Source: a virus (taxonomy: Duplodnaviria > Caudoviricetes). From it: a DNA stretch of 64,000 nt. Position 1 is the stretch's first letter, and each line of letters starts with the position of its first letter. This document shows positions 29,038 through 37,638 of the stretch, one piece after another. Location: IMG/VR virus record IMGVR_UViG_3300027608_000010, one strand, 5' to 3'. The notes under the pieces were generated by a model. It was not told the origin of the DNA and made no database searches. It worked only from the letters and a program-made list of their open reading frames with translations. The translations under genes were made by a program, and so were the position numbers.

Positions 29038-29682
29038 TTATTCCCCTTTATTAATTTTGAGATCCTTGATAAGACGAACCACTTCATCTTTTAGGTATCT
29101 CTGTACTTTTTTGTCACTCTGGGCGTCCTGTGCCATACCTAACATTTTATGTCCATGCTTCATGTTCATCATGCCTTCATAAATTGCTTTGGGATACGCA
29201 TTTGGTGCGCTTGGTTGTGCGACAATATCGACAGTGACTATTTCAAAGTCACTAACATGGCCATTAGCATCATTAACGTTGCCGCTACCTCTGCTACTTA
29301 CGCCTAGTTTAACACCACTCTCCAACATAGTAGACACTAACTGTCCCATTGGAGTTGGTAGAATCTTTAATTTGCCAAATCCATTTGCACCATCCATCCA
29401 CATAGAACTAATCATATGTGATACACGGTCTAAATTGATTTTCAAATCGTCTGGGTGATCTACTTCACCTAATACTGAATACCCTTCAGATATTTGTTTG
29501 TTTAAAGTTTCTACAGCAGTTTCAATTTCAGAAACGGGATACACACGCTCATTGGCGTTGCGTACCCCACCCTGAATGAAAATCCCCTTCATATAAAGGG
29601 ACTTCAAACTACCTTCACCGGTACTTTCTACAACCATGCTAGCACGGTCAAAAGTTAGGTGTTCTTTAAGATACAAAGCCAT
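29038..29682 (-). CDS. gp21: Prohead protease (T4 gp21-like)
   Basis: 214 aa. NANERVYP, GEVDHP (catalytic His), GVSSRGSG (catalytic Ser), DIVAQPSAP. Confidence 0.95.
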   Translation of the reverse strand: MALYLKEHLTFDRASMVVESTGEGSLKSLYMKGIFIQGGVRNANERVYPVSEIETAVETLNKQISEGYSVLGEVDHPDDLKINLDRVSHMISSMWMDGANGFGKLKILPTPMGQLVSTMLESGVKLGVSSRGSGNVNDANGHVSDFEIVTVDIVAQPSAPNAYPKAIYEGMMNMKHGHKMLGMAQDAQSDKKVQRYLKDEVVRLIKDLKINKGE

Positions 29683-29696
29683 TATCTTAGGTATTC

Positions 29697-30512
29697 TTAT
29701 CTAACTGTTCTTCTTGTAGTCTTTTTAGACTCACCGACAACAGACGTTTTGTTTATACCGTCATCACCGTGTTTTGGTTTAGCAACTGCTTCGCCCTTTT
29801 CATTAGGACCTTTGCTTTGACCTGGAGCATTTTTATATGTTCCTGGGATCTCTTTTGGAGTTGGGTTTAACAATCCACCTTGTGTGCCACCTTTAGTGCT
29901 CTCACCTGATGAGAAGTTAACAGCTTTTGCACCGTTACCTGGAACTTTTGGTCCGCCACTTACTGTACTTCTTGTAAATGCACCGTTGTCACCATGAACT
30001 GGCTTTTTAACAGCGATTAAATTAGTAGCTTCCATCATTGCTTCTTCATCGTCAGAGCCTTCGTCATCTCCGCCGAATGGATTGCCTTCTTCAGAGCCTT
30101 CTTCATCTCCACCAAAGTCTTCTTCGCCTTCTTCAGCGCCCATTAGTTCTTCAAATTCAGCCATTAGTTCGTCTAGTTTGTCTTCTAGTTCAACTACGCG
30201 GTCTTCTAAATCACCTTCTGGCATTTCGCCATCATCTTCAGCATCAACATCAATGTCAGCAAATTCATCATCGCCTTCAACATCATCTTCTTCATTCATG
30301 CCTTGTTCTTCCATGTCGATTTCGTCTAGCATACCGCCGACTTGATTACCCATGTGACCATGCATGCCTTCTTCTAATTCATCTTCATCCATCATTGATT
30401 CATAAATTTCGCGGCTTTTTTCAACTACGATATCATGAAACAATGCTTTAGCTTGGTCTTCGTTTTCATTGATGATCAAATCAATAAGTTGTTCAAATTT
30501 TCTATTATCCAT
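29697..30512 (-). CDS. Acidic prohead core-like protein
   Basis: Start re-called to MDNRKFEQ at 30512 (TAGGAG RBS). The track's longer start runs through a terminator. D/E-rich centre and basic C-terminus; occupies the position of T4 gp67/gp68. Confidence 0.7.
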   Translation of the reverse strand: MDNRKFEQLIDLIINENEDQAKALFHDIVVEKSREIYESMMDEDELEEGMHGHMGNQVGGMLDEIDMEEQGMNEEDDVEGDDEFADIDVDAEDDGEMPEGDLEDRVVELEDKLDELMAEFEELMGAEEGEEDFGGDEEGSEEGNPFGGDDEGSDDEEAMMEATNLIAVKKPVHGDNGAFTRSTVSGGPKVPGNGAKAVNFSSGESTKGGTQGGLLNPTPKEIPGTYKNAPGQSKGPNEKGEAVAKPKHGDDGINKTSVVGESKKTTRRTVR

Positions 30513-30561
30513 TGTTGGTCTCCTATAGATTAATGGCTGTGTTATATACTTAGTGCATATC

Positions 30562-30593
30562 AAAAAAAATAGCACAATAAAGTGCTATTTTTT
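30562..30593 (-). terminator. Probable Rho-independent terminator
   Basis: AAAAAAAATAGCAC-AATAAA-GTGCTATTTTTT inverted repeat with T/A tracts on both sides. Confidence 0.75.
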
Positions 30594-30622
30594 ACGTTTT
30601 TCTTAATTTTATGTCAATATCA

Positions 30623-30850
30623 TTACATTGCCGGTGCACCTTCTGCTGGTGCTGGTTGATATTGTTTACGAATCTTCTTTAAGTTTTGAGACTTTTCATA
30701 ATTACGCACATCATTCATTTTACGTAATTTACGAATTTGCCGTAGTGTTAATTTACTTTTACGGGTTTGTTTCCACTTAGGTCTACTGCTATCTTTTTCA
30801 GCATCTTGGTACCCTTGAACGGGTGCATCAAACATTTCCATTAATCTCAT
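30623..30850 (-). CDS. Small basic protein in the head module
   Basis: 75 aa, K/R-rich (TRKSKLTLRQIRKLRKMND); GATAAATA 5 nt upstream of the ATG. Confidence 0.75.
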   Translation of the reverse strand: MRLMEMFDAPVQGYQDAEKDSSRPKWKQTRKSKLTLRQIRKLRKMNDVRNYEKSQNLKKIRKQYQPAPAEGAPAM

Positions 30851-30855
30851 GTTAA

Positions 30856-30863
30856 TATTTATC
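30856..30863 (-). promoter_or_regulatory. Putative late promoter GATAAATA
   Basis: 5 nt upstream of the ATG at 30850. Confidence 0.6.
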
Positions 30864-30866
30864 TTT

Positions 30867-32627
30867 TTACATCGGAGGAGCCGGAGCTACTGCACCTGCC
30901 ATGCCTGCTGGAGGTGCTACAGGTGGTCCGCCCGCCATTTGATCTGGAGGCATACCTTCAGCATTTGGATCTGGAATCTCATCCATAACCTCTGTATCGG
31001 CTTCTAAGTCTCCTGTACTAATACCAATACTACGTAAGTCACTACCTTTAGCATCATTATCCTCAGGAGCTTCACGTTCTTCAAACCATAGACGCTGATT
31101 TTCTTCAATTTCTTCTTCAGTCAATCCTAAGAATCGTGTCATAGCAAATCGTTTAGCAATATAAGGGAAAGCTTCCATTGTTTGAAACACTGTTACCCGT
31201 GTTGTATCTAACTCACTTTGACGATAAGCGGCAAAGTTTTGTGGGGCATTGAACTTGATATCAAACAAACTTGAATCAATATTAAATCCTCTCCAGCGCA
31301 TGAACAGTTTGAATTCATCATTTAACTTCTGACTAATATACTTCTGTAAACGTTCACAATATTGATTGAAACGAAACTCTTGAATCATAGCAGTTCCAAC
31401 TCTACCATCTGCCAATGGGGTAGGACTATCTTCTGGACCTTGAGGTAAATAAGAACTTGGAACACGTAGACCCCGTGCTAATCTATTGTTGAAATAACGC
31501 AAGTCATCAATCTGACCTAAGTTATCACCACCTGGTAATGTGGTTACATCACTGCCACGACCGTCTGCTGTGACCGGAAAAAAGTAATCTTCATTCATTG
31601 ACAATGGATTGTATGTTGCATCCATTATACTTTGCCCACCGTTTGCACTTGGGATTCTGCGTTGATGAATCTCATTTTTAATACGGTCAACAAATGCCAT
31701 AGCCATGTGACTTGGCATATTACCAACGTCAATTTTAAAAACTCTACGCTCCGGCGCACGTTGTACACGATATATAAGAATAGCATCTTCAAGCAATTCT
31801 TTTTGCTTATATACTTTAAAAATGTTTTCTAAGATACTCTGTCCAAAAGGCCAATAACGGTCTAGACCTTCAGTTAAACTCAAATGAACTACATGTTTAG
31901 CGTCAATGGCTGCTTCATTCATGCCCATTGTAAAACGACTTCCGCCTCCGCCTCCGCCGTTTGGTACACTATAATTAGAAGCACCCTGAAAGCCACCGGG
32001 GCCTTGAGGTGTCATAAAGTCCGTTGTTGTTTTTTCAGCAATACTTAGATTTTGTAAGTTAACGTTAATGTCTTTGATAACATATTGTTCTGGTGCTTTG
32101 CCTTCACTTTCGTTAACAATGACTTTAGTGACTTTGGTCATGTCAACCCAATATAACTTGAAGTTTTCCGGATCACGCACAAAAACTTGATCCCCATACT
32201 TTATAGTGTTACGGAAGATTTTGAATGTTCGTGTATCAAACTCATTGAGTTTACACCATTGTTGTAGTTGCTTTTTGATTAGTTCTACTTCATGGGGAGT
32301 TGGATCTTCTGAGAATTCTATCTCAAAAGGTGTATTGTTCTGTTCGTTTTTCTGAGTACTGAACTCAGCAATAATGTCCAAACATGCATTAATTTCAGCA
32401 TCAACGTCCATCATTTCATATTGATTGTAACGTTCAACACGATTTGGGTGACCAGTGTATACTTCTGGTAAGCGACTTCCGTAATTTTTATAACCAAAGT
32501 CTGTGTTATTATAACCACCCGACGGAGCTACTTGACTGTTCCAGGCACCGCGATTACTGTTTGCACCTGAGATAGGACTGACTGAACCAGAATGATTTGG
32601 GGCTTGGAAACGCTTTTTATATGACAT
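30867..32627 (-). CDS. gp20: Portal vertex protein (T4 gp20-like)
   Basis: 586 aa. LLEDAILIYRVQRAPERRVFKIDVGNMP, EDYFFP, LARGLRVPSSYL, EFRFNQYCERLQ. Confidence 0.96.
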   Translation of the reverse strand: MSYKKRFQAPNHSGSVSPISGANSNRGAWNSQVAPSGGYNNTDFGYKNYGSRLPEVYTGHPNRVERYNQYEMMDVDAEINACLDIIAEFSTQKNEQNNTPFEIEFSEDPTPHEVELIKKQLQQWCKLNEFDTRTFKIFRNTIKYGDQVFVRDPENFKLYWVDMTKVTKVIVNESEGKAPEQYVIKDINVNLQNLSIAEKTTTDFMTPQGPGGFQGASNYSVPNGGGGGGSRFTMGMNEAAIDAKHVVHLSLTEGLDRYWPFGQSILENIFKVYKQKELLEDAILIYRVQRAPERRVFKIDVGNMPSHMAMAFVDRIKNEIHQRRIPSANGGQSIMDATYNPLSMNEDYFFPVTADGRGSDVTTLPGGDNLGQIDDLRYFNNRLARGLRVPSSYLPQGPEDSPTPLADGRVGTAMIQEFRFNQYCERLQKYISQKLNDEFKLFMRWRGFNIDSSLFDIKFNAPQNFAAYRQSELDTTRVTVFQTMEAFPYIAKRFAMTRFLGLTEEEIEENQRLWFEEREAPEDNDAKGSDLRSIGISTGDLEADTEVMDEIPDPNAEGMPPDQMAGGPPVAPPAGMAGAVAPAPPM

Positions 32628-32634
32628 AGTGATA

Positions 32635-32642
32635 TATTTATC
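32635..32642 (-). promoter_or_regulatory. Putative late promoter GATAAATA
   Basis: 7 nt upstream of the portal ATG. Confidence 0.6.
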
Positions 32643-32643
32643 A

Positions 32644-35427
32644 TTAAGACCGTGTATAGGTTAATATTTCATCGTGTATGTTCTTAGTTTGGTTTGAAAT
32701 TGATATTAGAGTGTCAAATTTATCAGACAATAATGATATCATGTTCATTACTACATCATTACTTCCACTAGCAATTGCCGGAGTTGGTGCAGTTTTGTTC
32801 AATCCCATTTGATCCATTAACTCTTGTTTGTAGTCATCTACACTTGACTTTTTCACATCCTCAAGTAAGGCATGCATTTGTTTTTCATTCCAAACGCTTT
32901 CTTTTTTGCCATGCAACATTACCGGGAAGCCATCTTCCGGCCCACTAAATAACCCACCTTGTCTAGCTACTTCTAAGTGAAAGTGGCCACCTTTATTTTC
33001 AGGATTATCTCCTGCAGCACTATCAGAAAAATATTCATCTAGAACAGTAGTTGCGCCTAAATCTTTTAGTCTTTCTTTAATTGCAGCCGCTTCTTCCGCA
33101 TCGGAGGGAGGTTTAGCTAATGCATAATCTAATGCTAGTCCTTTGGCATGTTTTGAACCTGGTTTTTTTGTTCTATGATAATCATCATTTAATGCAGTAA
33201 ATGTTCCTCCTGGAAATGCACTAGATAGTCTGTCTGCTAAAGCTAATAACTTAGGATCAACTTCACCACTTGTTCGTTCTTTTTTTTGTGCATCCGATCC
33301 AAAATTTAATTTTTTCAGAATTGCTGCTGCCGAATCACTCTTATCAGTTTTAATTTCTGCACCGCTTCTTCTTATACCACCCTGAGCACTGGCTCTTTGT
33401 GCAGTAACTAGTTCATTGGCTGGTGCACCTGTATAATCAGTATTCCAAGAAGTAGCACGTCCTTTTGGTGCAATTGATGCTTTATCAATATCGTTTTTGT
33501 TAATAACACTTCCTATTTCACCTCGAGTTTTGCTAATTTCTTCTTGTTTTTTAAGTAATTCTGCTTCTTTCTTTTGTATTTCTGCTTGTCTTTTTATAGA
33601 TGTAGCCTCTCTTATAACATTAACATCACCATTTTTTATTTGTTCTTCTTTTTTCTTCGTAATGGCTTTGTCATTATTTAAATTTGCTAATTCATTTTCT
33701 AATTTTTGTTTCTGTTTTGCTTTTTCCTCTGCTGACAATGAATTATCACCCGCAACTTTTCTGATTTCTGCTTGTTTAGTATCAATTTTGTCTTGATTTG
33801 CTTTTAACACACCTTCAATTACTTGTTTTGCAAATTCTTTATCAGCAGAAGATACTTCAGTACCATTTTTCAGTCTATCAATGTCAGCTTCTAATTTAGA
33901 TTTTTCTGTTTTTAAAATTGTTAAATCATTTATGCGGTCAGAATTATCTTTGAATCCTTCAGATAAATTTGTTTTCCCTAATCCAATATATGGACCAAAT
34001 TGGTCAATCATTTTAGCTAGCATTTTACTAAATTGATATAATACAGTATTCAGTCCACCAAACACTTTAAGAACACCTTCTCCTGCGCTAAAAAGTGCTC
34101 TATCCTTTGCGATAGCCATACGTCTAGATTCTTGTTCCATTTCTAATAATTCTGCTTGTCTTTTATCATATTCTCGTTTTTTATCTTCAACAGTTTGCGC
34201 GGCGTTTGCGGCTTTGATGCCTGTTAGACCCAAAACTCTCATCTTATAATCATTGTCACCGACAACGCCATCCATACCAGTACCAAGTGCATTAATTGAA
34301 TTTTTATGAATTTCTAAGTTTTCCTCTGCACCTTTTTGTATTTCACCGAATGATTCATTTAGAGTTTTTGTACCCTTAATAAAACCAGAAAATGATGGGC
34401 CTATTGTATTTCTAGTCATTTGTACTACTTGAGCACTTGCCTCACCTACTACTTTACCACCGTTAATAATAAACTCAGTAGCTCCAACACCAAATGTTTT
34501 ACCATACTTAATTATACCAGCAGCCATGAACTCATTAGCCTTTTCGGCTTCATTGGTGTTATTAATAAGATCCTGTTTTTTAAGATCACTTACATATTTT
34601 GCCCATCGATATTCATACATTTGCTGCTCTATCACTTTAGCAGCCTCATCTCTACTAACTCCGGTAAGTTCTTGTAACTCTTTCAATGTGGTCATGTATT
34701 TCATTGACCCTTCTTGAATCTGAGCAGTAGTCATGTTTTGAGAATTACCTAATTTAGCTTGGATATTCATGTATCCAGCAACTCCCATTCGTAACCCTTG
34801 CAAGTCAAGTCCTAATTTTTGAGCTTGGGCTTCATATTGCTCTCCGGGTTGAATCATCCCTTGAATAACATTAACATATTTTTTCAGACCACTAGTAACG
34901 CCACCACCAAAGAGAACTAATGAAGGAGATACTGAATCTAACACTTTCTTGAATTGGTCAGCTGATTCTGAAGTAAGACCTACTTTATTTAAGTTTGCTA
35001 TTACTGTATCTAAACTACCACTAAGGTCACCTGCGTCAGCAAAATCCCGATACGCTTTAGTCAATGCGTCATTTTGCTTTAGACTGGCGGCGGCAACATC
35101 CCCAAAGATTTTTATCAAGCCTCCGGCAGCTATACCAAGAACACCAAAATTCTTTCCAACTTCCCAAGCTGCATTACCAGCAGCACTTACTGCACCTGCG
35201 TACTTTGATGTACCCTCAGTAGCAGAAAACATTGCCTTTGTATAATCAATGGCCGAACCTCTAATTTGCTGTGCGGCATTATTGAATGAAGATTGAATTT
35301 CATTAGCAGCCTGGCGTTGAGCATCGGCGTAATCACCTACCCCTCGCTGGCCGTGTTGGAATGAGTTGGATAGCTGTGCAAATGATTGCATCAACTGTTG
35401 AACTTCTTGCTGATTTAAATCTGCCAT
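32644..35427 (-). CDS. Tape-measure-like protein with C-terminal LAS/peptidase M15-like domain
   Basis: 927 aa, mostly helical and Ala/Gly/Lys-rich. SKHAKGLALD (H-x6-D) and HFH motifs; GGLFSGPEDGFPVMLHG tail typical of TMP ends; adjacent to the gp26/gp51-like pair. Confidence 0.7.
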   Translation of the reverse strand: MADLNQQEVQQLMQSFAQLSNSFQHGQRGVGDYADAQRQAANEIQSSFNNAAQQIRGSAIDYTKAMFSATEGTSKYAGAVSAAGNAAWEVGKNFGVLGIAAGGLIKIFGDVAAASLKQNDALTKAYRDFADAGDLSGSLDTVIANLNKVGLTSESADQFKKVLDSVSPSLVLFGGGVTSGLKKYVNVIQGMIQPGEQYEAQAQKLGLDLQGLRMGVAGYMNIQAKLGNSQNMTTAQIQEGSMKYMTTLKELQELTGVSRDEAAKVIEQQMYEYRWAKYVSDLKKQDLINNTNEAEKANEFMAAGIIKYGKTFGVGATEFIINGGKVVGEASAQVVQMTRNTIGPSFSGFIKGTKTLNESFGEIQKGAEENLEIHKNSINALGTGMDGVVGDNDYKMRVLGLTGIKAANAAQTVEDKKREYDKRQAELLEMEQESRRMAIAKDRALFSAGEGVLKVFGGLNTVLYQFSKMLAKMIDQFGPYIGLGKTNLSEGFKDNSDRINDLTILKTEKSKLEADIDRLKNGTEVSSADKEFAKQVIEGVLKANQDKIDTKQAEIRKVAGDNSLSAEEKAKQKQKLENELANLNNDKAITKKKEEQIKNGDVNVIREATSIKRQAEIQKKEAELLKKQEEISKTRGEIGSVINKNDIDKASIAPKGRATSWNTDYTGAPANELVTAQRASAQGGIRRSGAEIKTDKSDSAAAILKKLNFGSDAQKKERTSGEVDPKLLALADRLSSAFPGGTFTALNDDYHRTKKPGSKHAKGLALDYALAKPPSDAEEAAAIKERLKDLGATTVLDEYFSDSAAGDNPENKGGHFHLEVARQGGLFSGPEDGFPVMLHGKKESVWNEKQMHALLEDVKKSSVDDYKQELMDQMGLNKTAPTPAIASGSNDVVMNMISLLSDKFDTLISISNQTKNIHDEILTYTRS

Positions 35428-35438
35428 ATATTTTAAGT

Positions 35439-35446
35439 TATAAATA
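35439..35446 (+). promoter_or_regulatory. T4-type late promoter TATAAATA
   Basis: Exact T4 late consensus in the divergent intergenic region upstream of 35504. Confidence 0.65.
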
Positions 35447-35503
35447 CTTTCGGTACTAATTGTATTTAGTATTCAGAATTTTACCATTTATTTAGGAATC
35501 CAT

Positions 35504-36331
35504 ATGACTACAGACAATCCATTAAGACAGTTTTTTCGCCGTCCTGCACTATATTTAAGACTACCTAGCGGGGGAAAAGGATACACAAGTGATGCTATTG
35601 ATTTTCCGGATAATAGCGAATTACCTATCTATCCCATGACTGCAATAGATGAAATAACGAGTAGGACACCGGATGCATTGTACAACGGGGTAGCAATAAC
35701 TGAAATCATTAAGAGTTGTATCCCTGCAATTAAAGATCCATGGCAAGTATTAAATATTGACTTAGATCCTATATTGATCGCTATTCGTGTTGCTACTAAC
35801 GGACAACTTATGGAAATCGATTCAACTTGTCCAGAATGTAATGAGGATAGTAAATTTGACGTTGATCTAGTAGCAATGCTTTCTACCTTCACTTCCGGAG
35901 ACTACGATACCCCTGTAAAAATTGATAATTTGATTATAAAATTCAAACCATTATCTTATAAAGATGTAAACAAGATAAGTGAAAGACAATTTGAAGTACA
36001 AAAACAATTTATGCAGATTGAAGCAATTACTGATACCGTAGTGAAAGACGCCAAGACAAACGAAATAATAAAAATATTGAATCGGTTGACTGGAGAAATC
36101 ATAATAGATGCTATTGAATATATTAAAACACCTGAAGACACTGTGTTTGATAAGGACTTTATTAGAGAGTTCTTAGATAACTGTGATAAGAATACTTATA
36201 ACACGGTAAGAGATAAAAATATTAGCTTACGTAAAGAGAATGAGGTTAAACCATTAGATGTTACTTGTTCACATTGTAGCCATAAACATAAACAAACATT
36301 CAATATCAATATAACTAATTTTTTCGATTAA
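35504..36331 (+). CDS. gp26: Baseplate hub assembly / tail-assembly chaperone (T4 gp26-like)
   Basis: 275 aa. NPLRQFFRRPALYLRLPSGG, YPMTAIDEI, two CxxC pairs (CPEC, CSHC). Confidence 0.8.
   Translation: MTTDNPLRQFFRRPALYLRLPSGGKGYTSDAIDFPDNSELPIYPMTAIDEITSRTPDALYNGVAITEIIKSCIPAIKDPWQVLNIDLDPILIAIRVATNGQLMEIDSTCPECNEDSKFDVDLVAMLSTFTSGDYDTPVKIDNLIIKFKPLSYKDVNKISERQFEVQKQFMQIEAITDTVVKDAKTNEIIKILNRLTGEIIIDAIEYIKTPEDTVFDKDFIREFLDNCDKNTYNTVRDKNISLRKENEVKPLDVTCSHCSHKHKQTFNINITNFFD
36319..36325 (+). promoter_or_regulatory. Candidate -1 programmed frameshift heptamer T TTT TTC
   Basis: In-frame X XXY YYZ one codon before the stop; the -1 frame is open from 36319 into the next ORF. Confidence 0.6.
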
Positions 36332-36366
36332 GGCTTCTTCGTCTTAGTTCCGAAGCGATTAAGCAG

Positions 36367-36555
36367 ATGATAGATGACATGGAACGTCAGTGCTTAGATA
36401 TTAAAAAATCAGCATTGAAAATGTCTTGGTATATGAGAGGTGGGGCAACTTATGAAGATATACTTAATATGAGTGGACCTGAAAGAAATGCGATATCTAG
36501 TATTATTGAAAGTAATTTAGAAACTACAAAGAAAAGCAAATTACCATTCTTTTAA
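36367..36555 (+). CDS. gp51: gp51-like hub assembly protein; possibly expressed as a frameshift extension of gp26
   Basis: 62 aa from ATG, MSWYMRGGATYEDILNMS..ER motif; the frame is open upstream to 36319; no clear RBS. Confidence 0.65.
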   Translation: MIDDMERQCLDIKKSALKMSWYMRGGATYEDILNMSGPERNAISSIIESNLETTKKSKLPFF

Positions 36556-36559
36556 TCGG

Positions 36560-37033
36560 AAAGGTTCATTTATCATCTTGTTTTTTCTTTGGGGAGAAGA
36601 ACTTACGTTCTTCTAAGAACTCGTTATCACTCGTTCTTATTTTTACGGTTATATATTTTCTATAACTGTTTTTATCTAATAACTCATTGGATATATCATG
36701 CCGATTAGAAGCCATGGTAGTGCTATTTAAGCACTACCAATGGAATTATGCCATGACCGTCATCCTTGCCATTTTTACCCGAACAATCAACGTCTTTATG
36801 TTATTGTTCGCCACCGGTTGCCCTGTAGGGTTTGTTGGTCTGTAGTTGAATTACGCACTCTAGTGTTTCATTCTGCAACGCATGTTCTATAGCATCAAAA
36901 TGGAGTAGCTATAGACTCATTGAAGGTTCGCTTTGACGAGAGCCTTCTCGGTGTTCCATGTTATTGCTAACATGCATACTCCAGAATCTGACGGCACAGC
37001 ACAATCTGTACAATCTCAAGGAGGCCCGACAAC
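36560..37033 (-). ncRNA. Candidate structured non-coding RNA of unknown class
   Basis: About 480 nt with no credible ORF; many perfect hairpins, two with GNRA loops on the minus strand; a possible pseudoknot. Confidence 0.45.
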
Positions 37034-37606
37034 TCAGGCTACTAATTGTTCTTTATTATCTGATATTTTTAAATTTAAATTTGACGTGGTGTCTGGTGTT
37101 GTGCCTGAATATATTTTTACTAATTCTGCATTGTTTTTGAAAAAGCTAGAATGCTCTAAGATGATCCAATCACCGTGTGTTGGGCTACTATATAAAAGAC
37201 AAGTATCTGCCTTCCATGTTAGCTTCCCTTGTACAGCGACATATTGACCTTTACGATTAAACTTCATAAACAAAATATTTAAATCGTCAGTGTCTTCTAC
37301 ATCTAGTAACTGTGCTAGCCACGAATCAAGTTGTTTGCATTCACCTGTGAGTAACAGATGCCACGGGAAGTCCGCATAGAACTTACACTCTGCATTCATT
37401 TTGCTGAAACTCTGTCCTGGAACAATATCGCCCTTAAAAGAACGAATCTGTCCCTCATGTAAGAATTGAGTTCTGGCTTGATTCTTGCCACCCACATATG
37501 CACCAGACCCAGGAGCACGGATGAAACTTTCTCCGTATAACTCTGAGAGAAATTTTGCAACTTCTCTTTCGTATCCTGAACCTTTGTTTTTCTGTGGACT
37601 TGACAT
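37034..37606 (-). CDS. Holliday junction resolvase-like PD-(D/E)XK nuclease
   Basis: 190 aa. KNKGSGYEREVAKFL, GDI, ECK, LFMKFNRKG; clustered with gp46/gp47. Confidence 0.8.
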   Translation of the reverse strand: MSSPQKNKGSGYEREVAKFLSELYGESFIRAPGSGAYVGGKNQARTQFLHEGQIRSFKGDIVPGQSFSKMNAECKFYADFPWHLLLTGECKQLDSWLAQLLDVEDTDDLNILFMKFNRKGQYVAVQGKLTWKADTCLLYSSPTHGDWIILEHSSFFKNNAELVKIYSGTTPDTTSNLNLKISDNKEQLVA

Positions 37607-37638
37607 GTATTTACTTATCTATAATTTCTTGTTCTAAA

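Noticed and set aside
30513-30575. Longer track starts for 29697, 18336 (19460) and 43422
   Set aside because: The extensions run through a terminator or overlap upstream genes; the internal ATGs have an RBS or TAATG coupling and match paralog starts.
27303-35245. Short overlapping ORFs inside the capsid, scaffold, portal and TMP genes
   Set aside because: Alternate-frame or antisense artefacts with no independent signals.
36975-37000. Minus-strand CAGATTCTGGAG resembling the tmRNA 5' end (GATTCTGGATTCGAC)
   Set aside because: No GGGGC start, no TΨC arm or CCA end, and no tag-peptide frame; the match is too short.
36933-37247. Plus-strand ORFs of 104 and 60 aa overlapping the resolvase 3' end and the structured region
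   Set aside because: TTG/TGA-poor chance frames antisense to the resolvase; no RBS or recognisable motif.
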